Shown: piece by piece, positions 8,979 through 17,129 of the stretch
Layout of the letters: the number at the start of each line of letters is the position of its first letter
Numbering within the stretch: position 1 is the stretch's first letter
Position numbers and translations under genes: made by a program
Notes under the pieces: generated by a model
What the model saw: the letters and a program-made list of their open reading frames with translations, nothing else
Told to the model about the DNA's origin: nothing
The model's database searches: none
Assembly (NCBI GenBank): GCA_027460535.1
Contig: JAPZAR010000030.1
Span: 8,582 to 40,581, forward strand
Reading direction: 5' to 3'
DNA from: Candidatus Methanoperedens sp.
GTDB lineage: Archaea; Halobacteriota; Methanosarcinia; Methanosarcinales; Methanoperedenaceae
DNA: 32,000 nt

Positions 8979-10367
8979 AATAACGATATCGAAATGAGAA
9001 ATGAATTTGTTGGGGATCCAATCGTTGATTCCGGTTTGCTCGCAATTAAATTATTGGGAAATAAAGAAATAAATGACTGTTCAAAAGAAGAATTAAAAAA
9101 GATTACAGATGAACTTATTGAGCTTTATCTAACACCTGCTTGGTCAAAAGATATTTTATCCATATTTCCAAATAGCACTTATGTTCAATATGCCAAGAAT
9201 TATGATAGAGAAGGAAAGTCCAAAGAGTTTCTATATGAATTAATAGAAGGTTTAGATAAATCTGAAAATGATGGGGATTATTGTATTTTTTGTGGGAAAC
9301 ATGCATACAAGAGGAAAGATAATAAACCTTTCGTCAAAACACAAATACCTTTAGTCGGTTCATCTGATTTTACTAATTTTTCCCCATCATTTAAAAATGG
9401 CATTGATATTTGTGCAAAATGCGCTTTGGCAATTCAATTTGCACCTATTCTATTTTATAAAACTGGTGGAAAACCAAGTTGCATAAGCTGTAACAATACG
9501 GACGTTATGAAAACATTTGGAGAAGAATGTATAGGATATATTACTCAAAAAAAATTACTGGGTGGTTATAAATCCAAAGACGTTTCTGGCATATTTGATG
9601 AAGGTTTTAAATCAACACAAAATGCCTTGTTTCATTTAGCATATAAAACCTCTACAAAATATAAAAAGTTGGGACTTTTAAAACAAAACGAAGAAATTGT
9701 AATATATCGCGTTGATAATTACAATCAAAATCCGGCCGGAGTTACAATACATAAAATACCGAATAATATATTCAGATTTGTTATCAATGTGATGACAAGT
9801 CCTCAATATAAAAAAAATTGGTATGATTTACTTTCAAAACATTATGCGAAATCTGATGCAAAAAGTGATTTTCCAGTCTGGAAAGTCAGTTATAATAGGA
9901 TTCATGATTCTTTATTAAAAAATGAAAGCATATTATGGGCTTTCAGAGATGATAACGAAAAGAAACCAACATTACCATGGATTATAGTTGAGTCCTATAT
10001 GGAGTTAGTGAGAAATATGAATAAACAGAGAATTGAGGGTATCAAAAATCTGGCTGATAAAATCGCCATCTGCATCGAAGAGAATAATAATAAAAAGAGA
10101 GTTAATGATATTATTTCAGCCAGAGATTTTCCAACTTTTAGAAATCAATTGAGATTAGTTTTCAGGGATTGGCAAAAATTAGGTAAGGAGCAACCTATGA
10201 TAACTTATGAAGATTATATCTCAGCAATCATCCCGGAAGATTATTCCAATTGGAAAGAAGTTCAGGATTTGATAATTATAAGGTTATACGAAAAATTGCA
10301 TAATATGCTATCGAGTGGAGTAATTGATGATGTCGAACAAGAAAAATCAATAGGTGATGAAGAATGA
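8973..10367 (+). CDS. cas8b: Type I-B large subunit Cas8b (Cst1-like)
   Basis: 464-aa ORF in the canonical position between cas6 and cas7. Cys pairs CIFCGKH...CAKCALAIQFAP recall the Cst1/Cas8 zinc motif. A 4-nt ATGA overlap couples it to cas7. The call rests mainly on position and size, because large subunits are poorly conserved. Confidence 0.7.
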   Translation: MMNNDIEMRNEFVGDPIVDSGLLAIKLLGNKEINDCSKEELKKITDELIELYLTPAWSKDILSIFPNSTYVQYAKNYDREGKSKEFLYELIEGLDKSENDGDYCIFCGKHAYKRKDNKPFVKTQIPLVGSSDFTNFSPSFKNGIDICAKCALAIQFAPILFYKTGGKPSCISCNNTDVMKTFGEECIGYITQKKLLGGYKSKDVSGIFDEGFKSTQNALFHLAYKTSTKYKKLGLLKQNEEIVIYRVDNYNQNPAGVTIHKIPNNIFRFVINVMTSPQYKKNWYDLLSKHYAKSDAKSDFPVWKVSYNRIHDSLLKNESILWAFRDDNEKKPTLPWIIVESYMELVRNMNKQRIEGIKNLADKIAICIEENNNKKRVNDIISARDFPTFRNQLRLVFRDWQKLGKEQPMITYEDYISAIIPEDYSNWKEVQDLIIIRLYEKLHNMLSSGVIDDVEQEKSIGDEE

Positions 10368-11407
10368 AAACTATAATAGGAACTTACTTAATTGATGCGC
10401 CTTTTTCGGCGCTGAATAATCGAGGAATAGATCAGGGAGCAGCGAACGAGAATGAAGTAGCAACCAAAGTAATTCAATCTCCAGAAGGAATGAGGCCATA
10501 CGTTTCAGCACAAGCGTTAAGATACTGGTGGAGAATGGTTTTAGAAAATAAATTTGGATGGAAATGCTCACCTGTGGAAAAAATTGGAAAAAATCAAGCT
10601 GTTACTAAAGGTGATCCGCTGGAATACGATGATGATGATATTTTTGGGTATATGAGTGCCAGAAAAATTGATACGGGAGAGAAGGATAAAAGTGATAAGC
10701 CAAAGATGGAAAATGTAACCGTGACAAGGGTATCTCCATTAAAATGCTCGCCTTTAATTGGATTTCCAATACGACCTACTTCAGATTTTGGTGTATTAGT
10801 GAGAAAACTTGAAACTGATCCAATACTTTTTACTCATCAATTTTATAGCAATATCTTTAAAGGTATTTTTGCGCTGGATATTGATTCCGTAGGGAAATTC
10901 ACAACAATTGATAAACCTGGTAGCAAAAACTTGTCAAAAGACCTTGCAGAAAAATATGAAAAAAATGGATTAAAAAAAGATGAAAAAACATATTCACTTC
11001 CGTTAGAAAAAAAGAAGACGCGAATTTCTGATACCATTAAAGCCTTGAAGTTTTTGAATGGCGGGGCAATGCAGACATTGCATCATACTGATGTAACTCC
11101 CAAGTTAATTATGCTGGCAGTATTGAATAATGGAAATAACATATTCATGGATGTAATGCCTCACAATAAATACGATAATGGATTGGTCAATATCGATGCA
11201 TTATCTGAGATGTTGGAGGATTATAAGGAATCACTGTTGAGCAAAGTCTATATCGGTAAATTATCGGGTTTTGGATCAGATAAAGACAAAGAATTAGAGA
11301 GTTTCAAAGCACCATCGGGAGTTAATGTTGTAATTACGACTCCAGTTAAAGCAATAGATCAATTCATAGAGGAGATATTAACTAATAATAAAATTATTGG
11401 CGAGTAA
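10364..11407 (+). CDS. cas7: Cas7 backbone subunit (Cst2/DevR-like)
   Basis: 347-aa ORF. N-terminal IIGTYLIDAPFSALNNRG...NE...K followed by YVSAQALRYWWR matches the Cas7/DevR signature as I remember it. Sits between cas8b and cas5. Confidence 0.85.
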   Translation: MKTIIGTYLIDAPFSALNNRGIDQGAANENEVATKVIQSPEGMRPYVSAQALRYWWRMVLENKFGWKCSPVEKIGKNQAVTKGDPLEYDDDDIFGYMSARKIDTGEKDKSDKPKMENVTVTRVSPLKCSPLIGFPIRPTSDFGVLVRKLETDPILFTHQFYSNIFKGIFALDIDSVGKFTTIDKPGSKNLSKDLAEKYEKNGLKKDEKTYSLPLEKKKTRISDTIKALKFLNGGAMQTLHHTDVTPKLIMLAVLNNGNNIFMDVMPHNKYDNGLVNIDALSEMLEDYKESLLSKVYIGKLSGFGSDKDKELESFKAPSGVNVVITTPVKAIDQFIEEILTNNKIIGE

Positions 11408-11408
11408 A

Positions 11409-12062
11409 ATGGAAGTTCTTCGTGTTGAAATACGGGCAATTACAGCCTCATTTAGATACCCCATGTTTGTGGTATCTTATCAGCCTACATATAAAATTCC
11501 TCCAATATCTACGATATACGGTTTGCTCTCCGCTGCAAAGGGTGAAAAAGTCAGTATTTATGATTTATCCATTGGTTATGATTTTACATCTAGAGGAAGT
11601 GGCGTTGATCTGGAGCGCATTCTGGAGTTCGGTGGAGGAGACAAAAATAAACCCGTTTCCTATCTTGGTAGCAATATAATACACAGGGAATTTTTATATG
11701 ATTGTATATTGACATTATATATATCTGATCTAGATTTTAAACAATATTTAGAGAATCCACGTTTCACTCTTTTACTTGGAAGGCAATCAGATTTAGCTAA
11801 GATAACAAAGATAAAAGAAGTGAAATTGATTCCAAAAGAAAATGTTGAAATATATAATACAATTATACCTTTCGATGGAAGAGTGCCAGGGCAAATCGTT
11901 GCTTTACCCTCTGATTATACTGACAAAGCTGAAAGAAAACCAATTGAAGTAAGAACTTATTGTATCGTAGAATCAAAACAACAGATTGAAAGGGGATACT
12001 ATGATACTGAGCTAAATAAGGGAGTTTTTATGCATGAGTTCAACAATAAAAGCCAAAAGTAA
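11409..12062 (+). CDS. cas5: Cas5 (Cas5t/Cas5h-like)
   Basis: MEVLRVEIRAITASFRYPMFVVSYQPTYKIPPISTIYGLLSAAKG is the canonical Cas5 N-terminal motif. The track start at 11397 (TTG) is an alternative start. Confidence 0.85.
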   Translation: MEVLRVEIRAITASFRYPMFVVSYQPTYKIPPISTIYGLLSAAKGEKVSIYDLSIGYDFTSRGSGVDLERILEFGGGDKNKPVSYLGSNIIHREFLYDCILTLYISDLDFKQYLENPRFTLLLGRQSDLAKITKIKEVKLIPKENVEIYNTIIPFDGRVPGQIVALPSDYTDKAERKPIEVRTYCIVESKQQIERGYYDTELNKGVFMHEFNNKSQK

Positions 12063-14214
12063 TGGCGAATCACTTGAAGAACATATAAATAATTGCCTTA
12101 ATATTTTTGCTCAACTAAAGGATATTTATCCAGATTTACAAAAATTTACAAATTATCCTTCTTTTTATAGTGATGCTTTTGATGCTTTGTTTTTTCATGA
12201 TTTTGGTAAAGCTGCAGAAGGTTTTCAAAAATCATTATCTCCAAAAGGAGAAAAATGGAAGTATAGGCATGAAATTCTTTCAACACCTTTTATTAACTGC
12301 CTGAACAAAGAAAATCTCGATTTTGTCAAGATCTTAGTGCTAACTCACCATAAAGATATTAATAAATTAGTCGAATATATTGAAGATAATGATTTTTTGG
12401 GGATTCGTTATGAAGAACGATTAGAGGAAATCAAACCTAATATAAATGCACTGAATGAAATAATAAAGAAATATCCAGAAATCTCTAAAAAGATATTAGG
12501 CTCAATAGAATGCAAGGTCGATATTATAGAGAAAATATCAAAAGATAAGTCGATATGGGAGGAAATAATACAAAAGAAAAGAATGAACTTTTCATCAAAA
12601 ATAGGAATCTTTGGAAAAGGGATGATAAATTCTTGTGATTATTTAGCTTCAAGTGGGATAAAAAAGATACTTAAACCACTACCAAGCTTGAGTGAAGTAT
12701 ATAATTTTAAGTCCTTTACGAGTGTTCAGGCAAAATGTTTATCAACAAAAGGTAATGCGATAATTATTTCACCAACTGGTTCTGGAAAAACGGAAGCATC
12801 TCTGTTCTGGGCTACAAATAATCTCGATAAATCACAAGGAAATAGAATATTTTATGTTTTACCCTACACTGCGAGTATAAACGCAATGTATAGGCGATTA
12901 TTGATGAAATTAAGCCCATATTATTCAGATGATGGTTGTGTATCGCTATTACATGGAAAAGCGACTTATTTTTTATATAAGATGTTCGAGGATGGTGATT
13001 TTAGAGAAATACATAATTTATCTAAAAAAATTTATAGTCCATACAAAGTAATGACGCCTTTTCAATGTTTAAAACACTTCTTTTCATTGAAAGGATATGA
13101 GATGGGATTATTAGAAATGTACCGCGGGAGATATATTTTTGATGAGATACACTCCTATGATGCCAAAACAGCGGGATTGATATTATCAATGTGCGAGTAT
13201 TTGATAGAAGAGAATGATGCTAAGATATTGATAATGTCTGCAACGATGCCATCATTTCTGAAAAATATGTTTTTAGATAATCTTCATATTGAAAATGAAA
13301 TGGTTATGGATAAAAAAGAGTTGAGCAAATACCTTCGCCACAAATGCAAGATAATCGATGGAGATATCCTTGAAAATATTGATTTAATAATAAAAAGATT
13401 GCAGAATAAAGAAAAAGTATTGGTTGTGTGTAATACAGTAAATAGAGCCCAGGATGTTTATAAATTATTGAGAGATGAAGTTAACGACTCTGCTTTGTTG
13501 CATGGCAGATTTATCTTGAAAGATAGAGAAGCAATTGAAAAAAATCTTGAAAATCTGAATTTATTAGTGGGTACACAAGTCATTGAAGTTTCATTGGATA
13601 TCGATTATGATGTATGTTTCTCTGAACCAGCTCCAATTGATGCTTTAATTCAGCGATTTGGAAGAATTAACAGACGAAAAAACAGCGATGGATTACCACT
13701 CAAAGGCATTTGCGATGTATTTGTTTTTTCAAAAGGTTCTGAAAATGATCGATATATCTATGATACAGAGATTGTAAATAAAACTTTAAAAGTTCTCAAT
13801 GAAATTGATTTATTGTTTGAAGATAAATTATATGAAGCAGTCGATGAAATATACATTAATGGTTTTGGCGATAAACTAAAAGAATTTGAAGATACCAAAA
13901 CTTCATTTAGAAAAATGATAGATCGTATAGTACCTTTCAATAATTCAAACACAAAAGAATCAGACTTTTATGATTTATTTAATTCCATAGAAGCGGTTCC
14001 TGAAAAATATCGGCATGAATATCTTGATTGTATCCGAAATAAAAAGTTATTCGATGCTATGCAATATTGTCTGCAATTAACGAACGGTCAATTTCAAAAA
14101 CTACTCAAAGAAGGACGGGTTGATTTCGAAAAAAAGATTTTTATAGAGGCAAAGTATGATCCAGAATTGGGATTATTGATAAATGAACATGAAGAGAATC
14201 AAAATATAATATAA
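12034..14214 (+). CDS. cas3: Cas3 HD nuclease-helicase fusion
   Basis: 726-aa ORF. N-terminal HD motifs (FFHDFGK, YRHEILS, LTHHK). SF2 helicase motifs I SPTGSGKTE, II FDEIHSYD, III MSATMP and VI QRFGRINRR. Overlaps the cas5 end by 29 nt. Confidence 0.92.
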   Translation: MSSTIKAKSNGESLEEHINNCLNIFAQLKDIYPDLQKFTNYPSFYSDAFDALFFHDFGKAAEGFQKSLSPKGEKWKYRHEILSTPFINCLNKENLDFVKILVLTHHKDINKLVEYIEDNDFLGIRYEERLEEIKPNINALNEIIKKYPEISKKILGSIECKVDIIEKISKDKSIWEEIIQKKRMNFSSKIGIFGKGMINSCDYLASSGIKKILKPLPSLSEVYNFKSFTSVQAKCLSTKGNAIIISPTGSGKTEASLFWATNNLDKSQGNRIFYVLPYTASINAMYRRLLMKLSPYYSDDGCVSLLHGKATYFLYKMFEDGDFREIHNLSKKIYSPYKVMTPFQCLKHFFSLKGYEMGLLEMYRGRYIFDEIHSYDAKTAGLILSMCEYLIEENDAKILIMSATMPSFLKNMFLDNLHIENEMVMDKKELSKYLRHKCKIIDGDILENIDLIIKRLQNKEKVLVVCNTVNRAQDVYKLLRDEVNDSALLHGRFILKDREAIEKNLENLNLLVGTQVIEVSLDIDYDVCFSEPAPIDALIQRFGRINRRKNSDGLPLKGICDVFVFSKGSENDRYIYDTEIVNKTLKVLNEIDLLFEDKLYEAVDEIYINGFGDKLKEFEDTKTSFRKMIDRIVPFNNSNTKESDFYDLFNSIEAVPEKYRHEYLDCIRNKKLFDAMQYCLQLTNGQFQKLLKEGRVDFEKKIFIEAKYDPELGLLINEHEENQNII

Positions 14215-14267
14215 AATTGCATCAAGAAATCTCATCTCTTATTGCGTTTCATATGGTGTCGCCCTGC

Positions 14268-14897
14268 CACATCCACTCCCCCGCCCCCCATCCTCCCTCA
14301 CCCCCGCGCCGCCAGTTCTTTGCGGACTCTGCGCCCTTTGCGGTGATGCCTCCTGATTCTTGCATGGCACCGCATGGAAAAACATCCTAGCAAATGCGAT
14401 ATATCCCATGCAATAAATCCGCGTTCATAAACCGGAACTTCGGTTTACGCAGTGTTGGGGTATGCGAAGCATATCCCTCGTTTGATAAAACTTTCATAAA
14501 GTTTTGCGTCCATCTGCGGTTTCGTTTTTCGCAGAAGCGCCGGAAATTTATCGCATTCTGTTTATAAAATTTCACCTCAAAGACTGTAAGGAGCCCGCCC
14601 TCCTGCACGTTCTTCCCCGACCCGCCGATACGCGCTCACTTCCGCGCCGCCTGCTCTTTGCGGACTCTGCGCGCTTTGCGGTGGTGCTCCCTGATTCGTG
14701 CACAGCGCCGCAGAAAAAAACAGTCTGAAGAGTGCGATATATGCCCTTGCAATAAATCTGCGTTAATCTGTGAAATCTGCGGATTCGTTTTTCGGAGAGT
14801 GATTAACCATTGTTCTCTGGAATATTTTTTGCGTTTTTGTGGTTGCTCCGGTCTCCATGAAGCGCCAGAAATTTATCTGGTGCTATATATATAATTC
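14268..14897 (+). repeat. Two tandem ~330-bp units of the GC-rich repeat family
   Basis: Unit cores begin with ctttgcggactctgcgc at 14318 and 14656. Each core is followed by a hairpin (14340-14373 and 14678-14711) and a tgcgatatat..tgcaataaatc(c/t)gcgtt block. Each unit ends in gaagcgcc(g/a)gaaatttatc (14534-14573 and 14859-14897). Confidence 0.85.
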
Positions 14898-14970
14898 TTT
14901 CTAAAAATTTATTGAAGCACAGTAAAATTTTGTGATAAGGCGTCTGAGGTTGTTTTGATCCATAACAATG

Positions 14971-14980
14971 CTTATATAAG
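14971..14980 (+). promoter_or_regulatory. TATA box for the vapBC pair (leaderless)
   Basis: cttatataag is centred about 25 nt upstream of the ATG at 15001. Confidence 0.4.
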
Positions 14981-15000
14981 ACAATATCAAACTATAATAT

Positions 15001-15231
15001 ATGGCTGAATTGAAAGTTACCATTCCTGAAGAACTCTGGAGAAAAATGGCAAGCTTTGAAATAGACTGGCATGCGATCACCAGAGATCTTCTCAAAAAGA
15101 AAGTCAATGAACTGAGTGATTTGAAATCCATTGTTTCCAAAAGCAAGATGACCGACGAGGATGCGTTAGAGCTTGGTAGAAAGGTTAATAAATCACTTGC
15201 AAAAAAATTCAAAACTTCAGCGATGGGATAA
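15001..15231 (+). CDS. VapB-type antitoxin (small, helical; partner of the PIN toxin)
   Basis: 76-aa ORF directly abutting the PIN gene (TAA then ATG). The pattern KVTIPEEL...W....R......V.......I..KSKMTDEDALELGRKV is what I recall for archaeal PIN-associated antitoxins. Confidence 0.6.
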   Translation: MAELKVTIPEELWRKMASFEIDWHAITRDLLKKKVNELSDLKSIVSKSKMTDEDALELGRKVNKSLAKKFKTSAMG

Positions 15232-15654
15232 ATGCTCCTCATTGTTGATGCCAACGTTGTTTTTTCGGTTCTCATAAAAGGTGGGAAAACATTAGACATT
15301 TTTTTTTTGAATAAAGCTAAAAAAAGATTTGATTTTGTAGCTCCTGAATTTCTTATGGTGGAAGTTGAAAAACACACCAGTGAGATTATTAAGAAAACTG
15401 GACTTTCAACAGAAGAGATTGGAAAGGTGTTTGATTTTCTTGAAAAAGAAATTGAATTTGTTTCATTTGAAGAGTTTGAAGAATTCTATAAAGAAGCAGA
15501 GCAAATATCTCCTGATCCCAATGATGTTCAGTATTTTGCGCTTGCTATGAAATTAAATGGGGCTATTTGGTCTAATGACAAGGCATTAAAAAAGCAGTTT
15601 GTAGTTGATGTGCTATCTACAGGGGAAATAATAAAATTAATGGAATTTGAATAG
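15232..15654 (+). CDS. vapC: PIN-domain ribonuclease toxin (VapC-like)
   Basis: 140-aa ORF. N-terminal acidic motif LIVDANVVFSVLIKGG, a mid glutamate (APEFLMVEVEKH), and the C-terminal motif DPNDVQYFALAMKLNGAIWSNDKAL. Confidence 0.8.
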   Translation: MLLIVDANVVFSVLIKGGKTLDIFFLNKAKKRFDFVAPEFLMVEVEKHTSEIIKKTGLSTEEIGKVFDFLEKEIEFVSFEEFEEFYKEAEQISPDPNDVQYFALAMKLNGAIWSNDKALKKQFVVDVLSTGEIIKLMEFE

Positions 15655-15676
15655 TTCATATTGTATTATTTTGTTA

Positions 15677-15760
15677 TCCCCCGCTCCCCATCCTCCCTCA
15701 CCCCCGCGCCGCCAGCTCTTTGCGGACTCTGCGCCCTCTGCGGTGGGTACGATTCGTACC
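15677..15760 (+). repeat. GC-rich repeat, copy E, ending in a 15-bp palindrome
   Basis: cccccgctccccatcctccctcacccccgcgccgccagctctttgcggactctgcgccctctgcggtg aligns with 14279-14345. The hairpin of the other copies is replaced by the palindrome GGTACGAtTCGTACC (15746-15760). Confidence 0.8.
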
Positions 15761-15828
15761 AATCTGTGCAAGGACAAAGAGTCATCTAAAAAGATGAACC
15801 CAACCGTATATTTCATTCATCCCAAACC

Positions 15829-15866
15829 TTTATAAATTCAAAAATGAATAAATTCATTCAAAAATG
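15829..15866 (+). promoter_or_regulatory. Promoter/operator upstream of the wHTH-NTase gene
   Basis: TATA box TTTATAAA at 15829-15836. Inverted repeat AATGAAT-aa-ATTCATT at 15843-15858. Direct repeats ttcaaaaatg at 15837-15846 and 15857-15866, 20 nt apart. All lie between the TATA box and the ATG at 15878. Confidence 0.4.
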
Positions 15867-15877
15867 GTTATATAACT

Positions 15878-16477
15878 ATGAAATTCCACAATGTTCTTGA
15901 CGAGATATTAGGCAATAGAACAAAGGTGAAGCTGCTAAGGGCATTTTTCACCTATCTTGAAAAAGAATTCACAGAAAGCGAACTCCAGAGGATAGCGGGG
16001 ATACCGCAGGCGAGCGTTCACAGGAACGTAAAGTTTCTCCTCGCGAATGGACTTCTTGACAGGGAACGCATCGGAAAGGCAAATCTGTATTCGCTGAACA
16101 AAGAGCATATTCTTTATGCTCTTCTACAGAACATTTTTGAGAATGAAAAAAACCTTCTCTCTGAACTTAAAAAGTCGCTTAAAGGTTCGATTGAAAGCTT
16201 TTCTGGGATAGAGTTAGCAGTACTCTTCGGAAGCGTTTTAAAAGGCACTGAGAGAGCGGACAGCGATATAGATATTTTCATCGTCTGTAAAGCAGATAAA
16301 TCACAGGTGGAAGAAGAGATGAAAAACCTGATCCAGGTTATCGGAAATAAATTCGGAAACCCGGTATCGCCGATGATAAAGAATGATACAGAGATGAAAG
16401 ACATAAGAAGCAGTTCAATATACAAAGAATTAAAAAGAGGTGAAGTACTCTTTAAGCGCGAGGGATTTGAATGGTGA
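15878..16477 (+). CDS. Winged-helix DNA-binding domain fused to a minimal (Pol-beta superfamily) nucleotidyltransferase
   Basis: 199-aa ORF. The N-terminal part (TKVKLLRAFF...FTESELQRIAGIPQASVHRNVKFLLANGLLDRERIGKANLYSLN) looks like a wHTH. The C-terminal part carries the NTase motif LFGSVLKGTERADSDIDIFIV (G[SG]...D.D). Confidence 0.8.
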   Translation: MKFHNVLDEILGNRTKVKLLRAFFTYLEKEFTESELQRIAGIPQASVHRNVKFLLANGLLDRERIGKANLYSLNKEHILYALLQNIFENEKNLLSELKKSLKGSIESFSGIELAVLFGSVLKGTERADSDIDIFIVCKADKSQVEEEMKNLIQVIGNKFGNPVSPMIKNDTEMKDIRSSSIYKELKRGEVLFKREGFEW

Positions 16478-16562
16478 AAGGTCTATCAACAAAACCTGCA
16501 CAGGAAATGTTCAGGGATGCAGAACGTCTAGTGGAATGGGTTGAAAATAGGAACATGGTGGC

Positions 16563-17129
16563 ATGAATCCGCAAGATGTAACTTTGGAAGAAAAAGAAAG
16601 ACCCCAACCTGAAGACATCATGGCCGGTGCCATGCGCATCACAGGCATTAAAGTAACATACTACTTCATCTGCCATACCAAACTCTGGCTGTTTTCGCAC
16701 AATATCACGCTTGAGAAAGAGAATGACAATGTGAATATTGGAAAACTCCTGCATGAAGACCGCTATAAGCGCGACTCAAAAGAGATAACAATCGACCAGA
16801 CGATAAGCATCGATTTCATCCGGAAGGGTGATACCATTGTTCTCCATGAAATAAAAAAAACAAAAAGCATGGAAGTGGCACATCGCTGGCAGATGCTATA
16901 TTACCTGTATTACCTGAAATCAAAAGGTATCAGCGCCACAGGCGAAATAAATTATCCCCTCGTTAGCAGGAAAGAAGAGATAGTGCTTCTTGAAAAAGAT
17001 GAATTGGAAATGGAAAATGTGATAAATGATATCAGGAAGATCGCAATGGGAAGGATGCCGCAACCTAAAAGGATAAAGATCTGCCCGAAATGCGCTTATT
17101 TCGAATTCTGTTTTGGAGATGAAGTATGA
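16563..17129 (+). CDS. cas4: Cas4 RecB-like nuclease with Fe-S cysteines
   Basis: [18 protein letters not shown] supplies the N-terminal Cys. Nuclease motifs IDF...LHEIKK. C-terminal [10 protein letters not shown] supplies three Cys. The true start may be the internal ATG at 16620 or 16632. An ATGA overlap couples it to cas1. Confidence 0.85.
   Translation: MNPQDVTLEEKERPQPEDIMAGAMRITGIKVTYYFICHTKLWLFSHNITLEKENDNVNIGKLLHEDRYKRDSKEITIDQTISIDFIRKGDTIVLHEIKKTKSMEVAHRWQMLYYLYYLKSKGISATGEINYPLVSRKEEIVLLEKDELEMENVINDIRKIAMGRMPQPKRIKICPKCAYFEFCFGDEV

Noticed and set aside
14901-15377. 158-aa minus-strand ORF covering vapB and the 5' half of vapC.
   Set aside because: The plus strand has the PIN catalytic motifs and an abutting antitoxin with a TATA box at the right distance. 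The antisense product is Ser/Leu-rich with no motifs.
7159-15835. ORFs 7159-7581, 14504-14728, 14658-14894 and 15647-15835 share the peptide motif FADSA.(F/S)AV..PDSCT.P, which looked like a small protein family.
   Set aside because: The shared peptide is the translation of the GC-rich DNA repeat core. The ORFs have no consistent starts, lengths or flanking conservation, and the repeat shows nucleic-acid hairpin covariation instead.
16452-16754. 100-aa minus-strand ORF spanning the NTase-cas4 junction.
   Set aside because: It is antisense to the Cas4 N-terminal Cys region and has no start context or motifs. The plus strand shows a chain of coupled stop/start overlaps.
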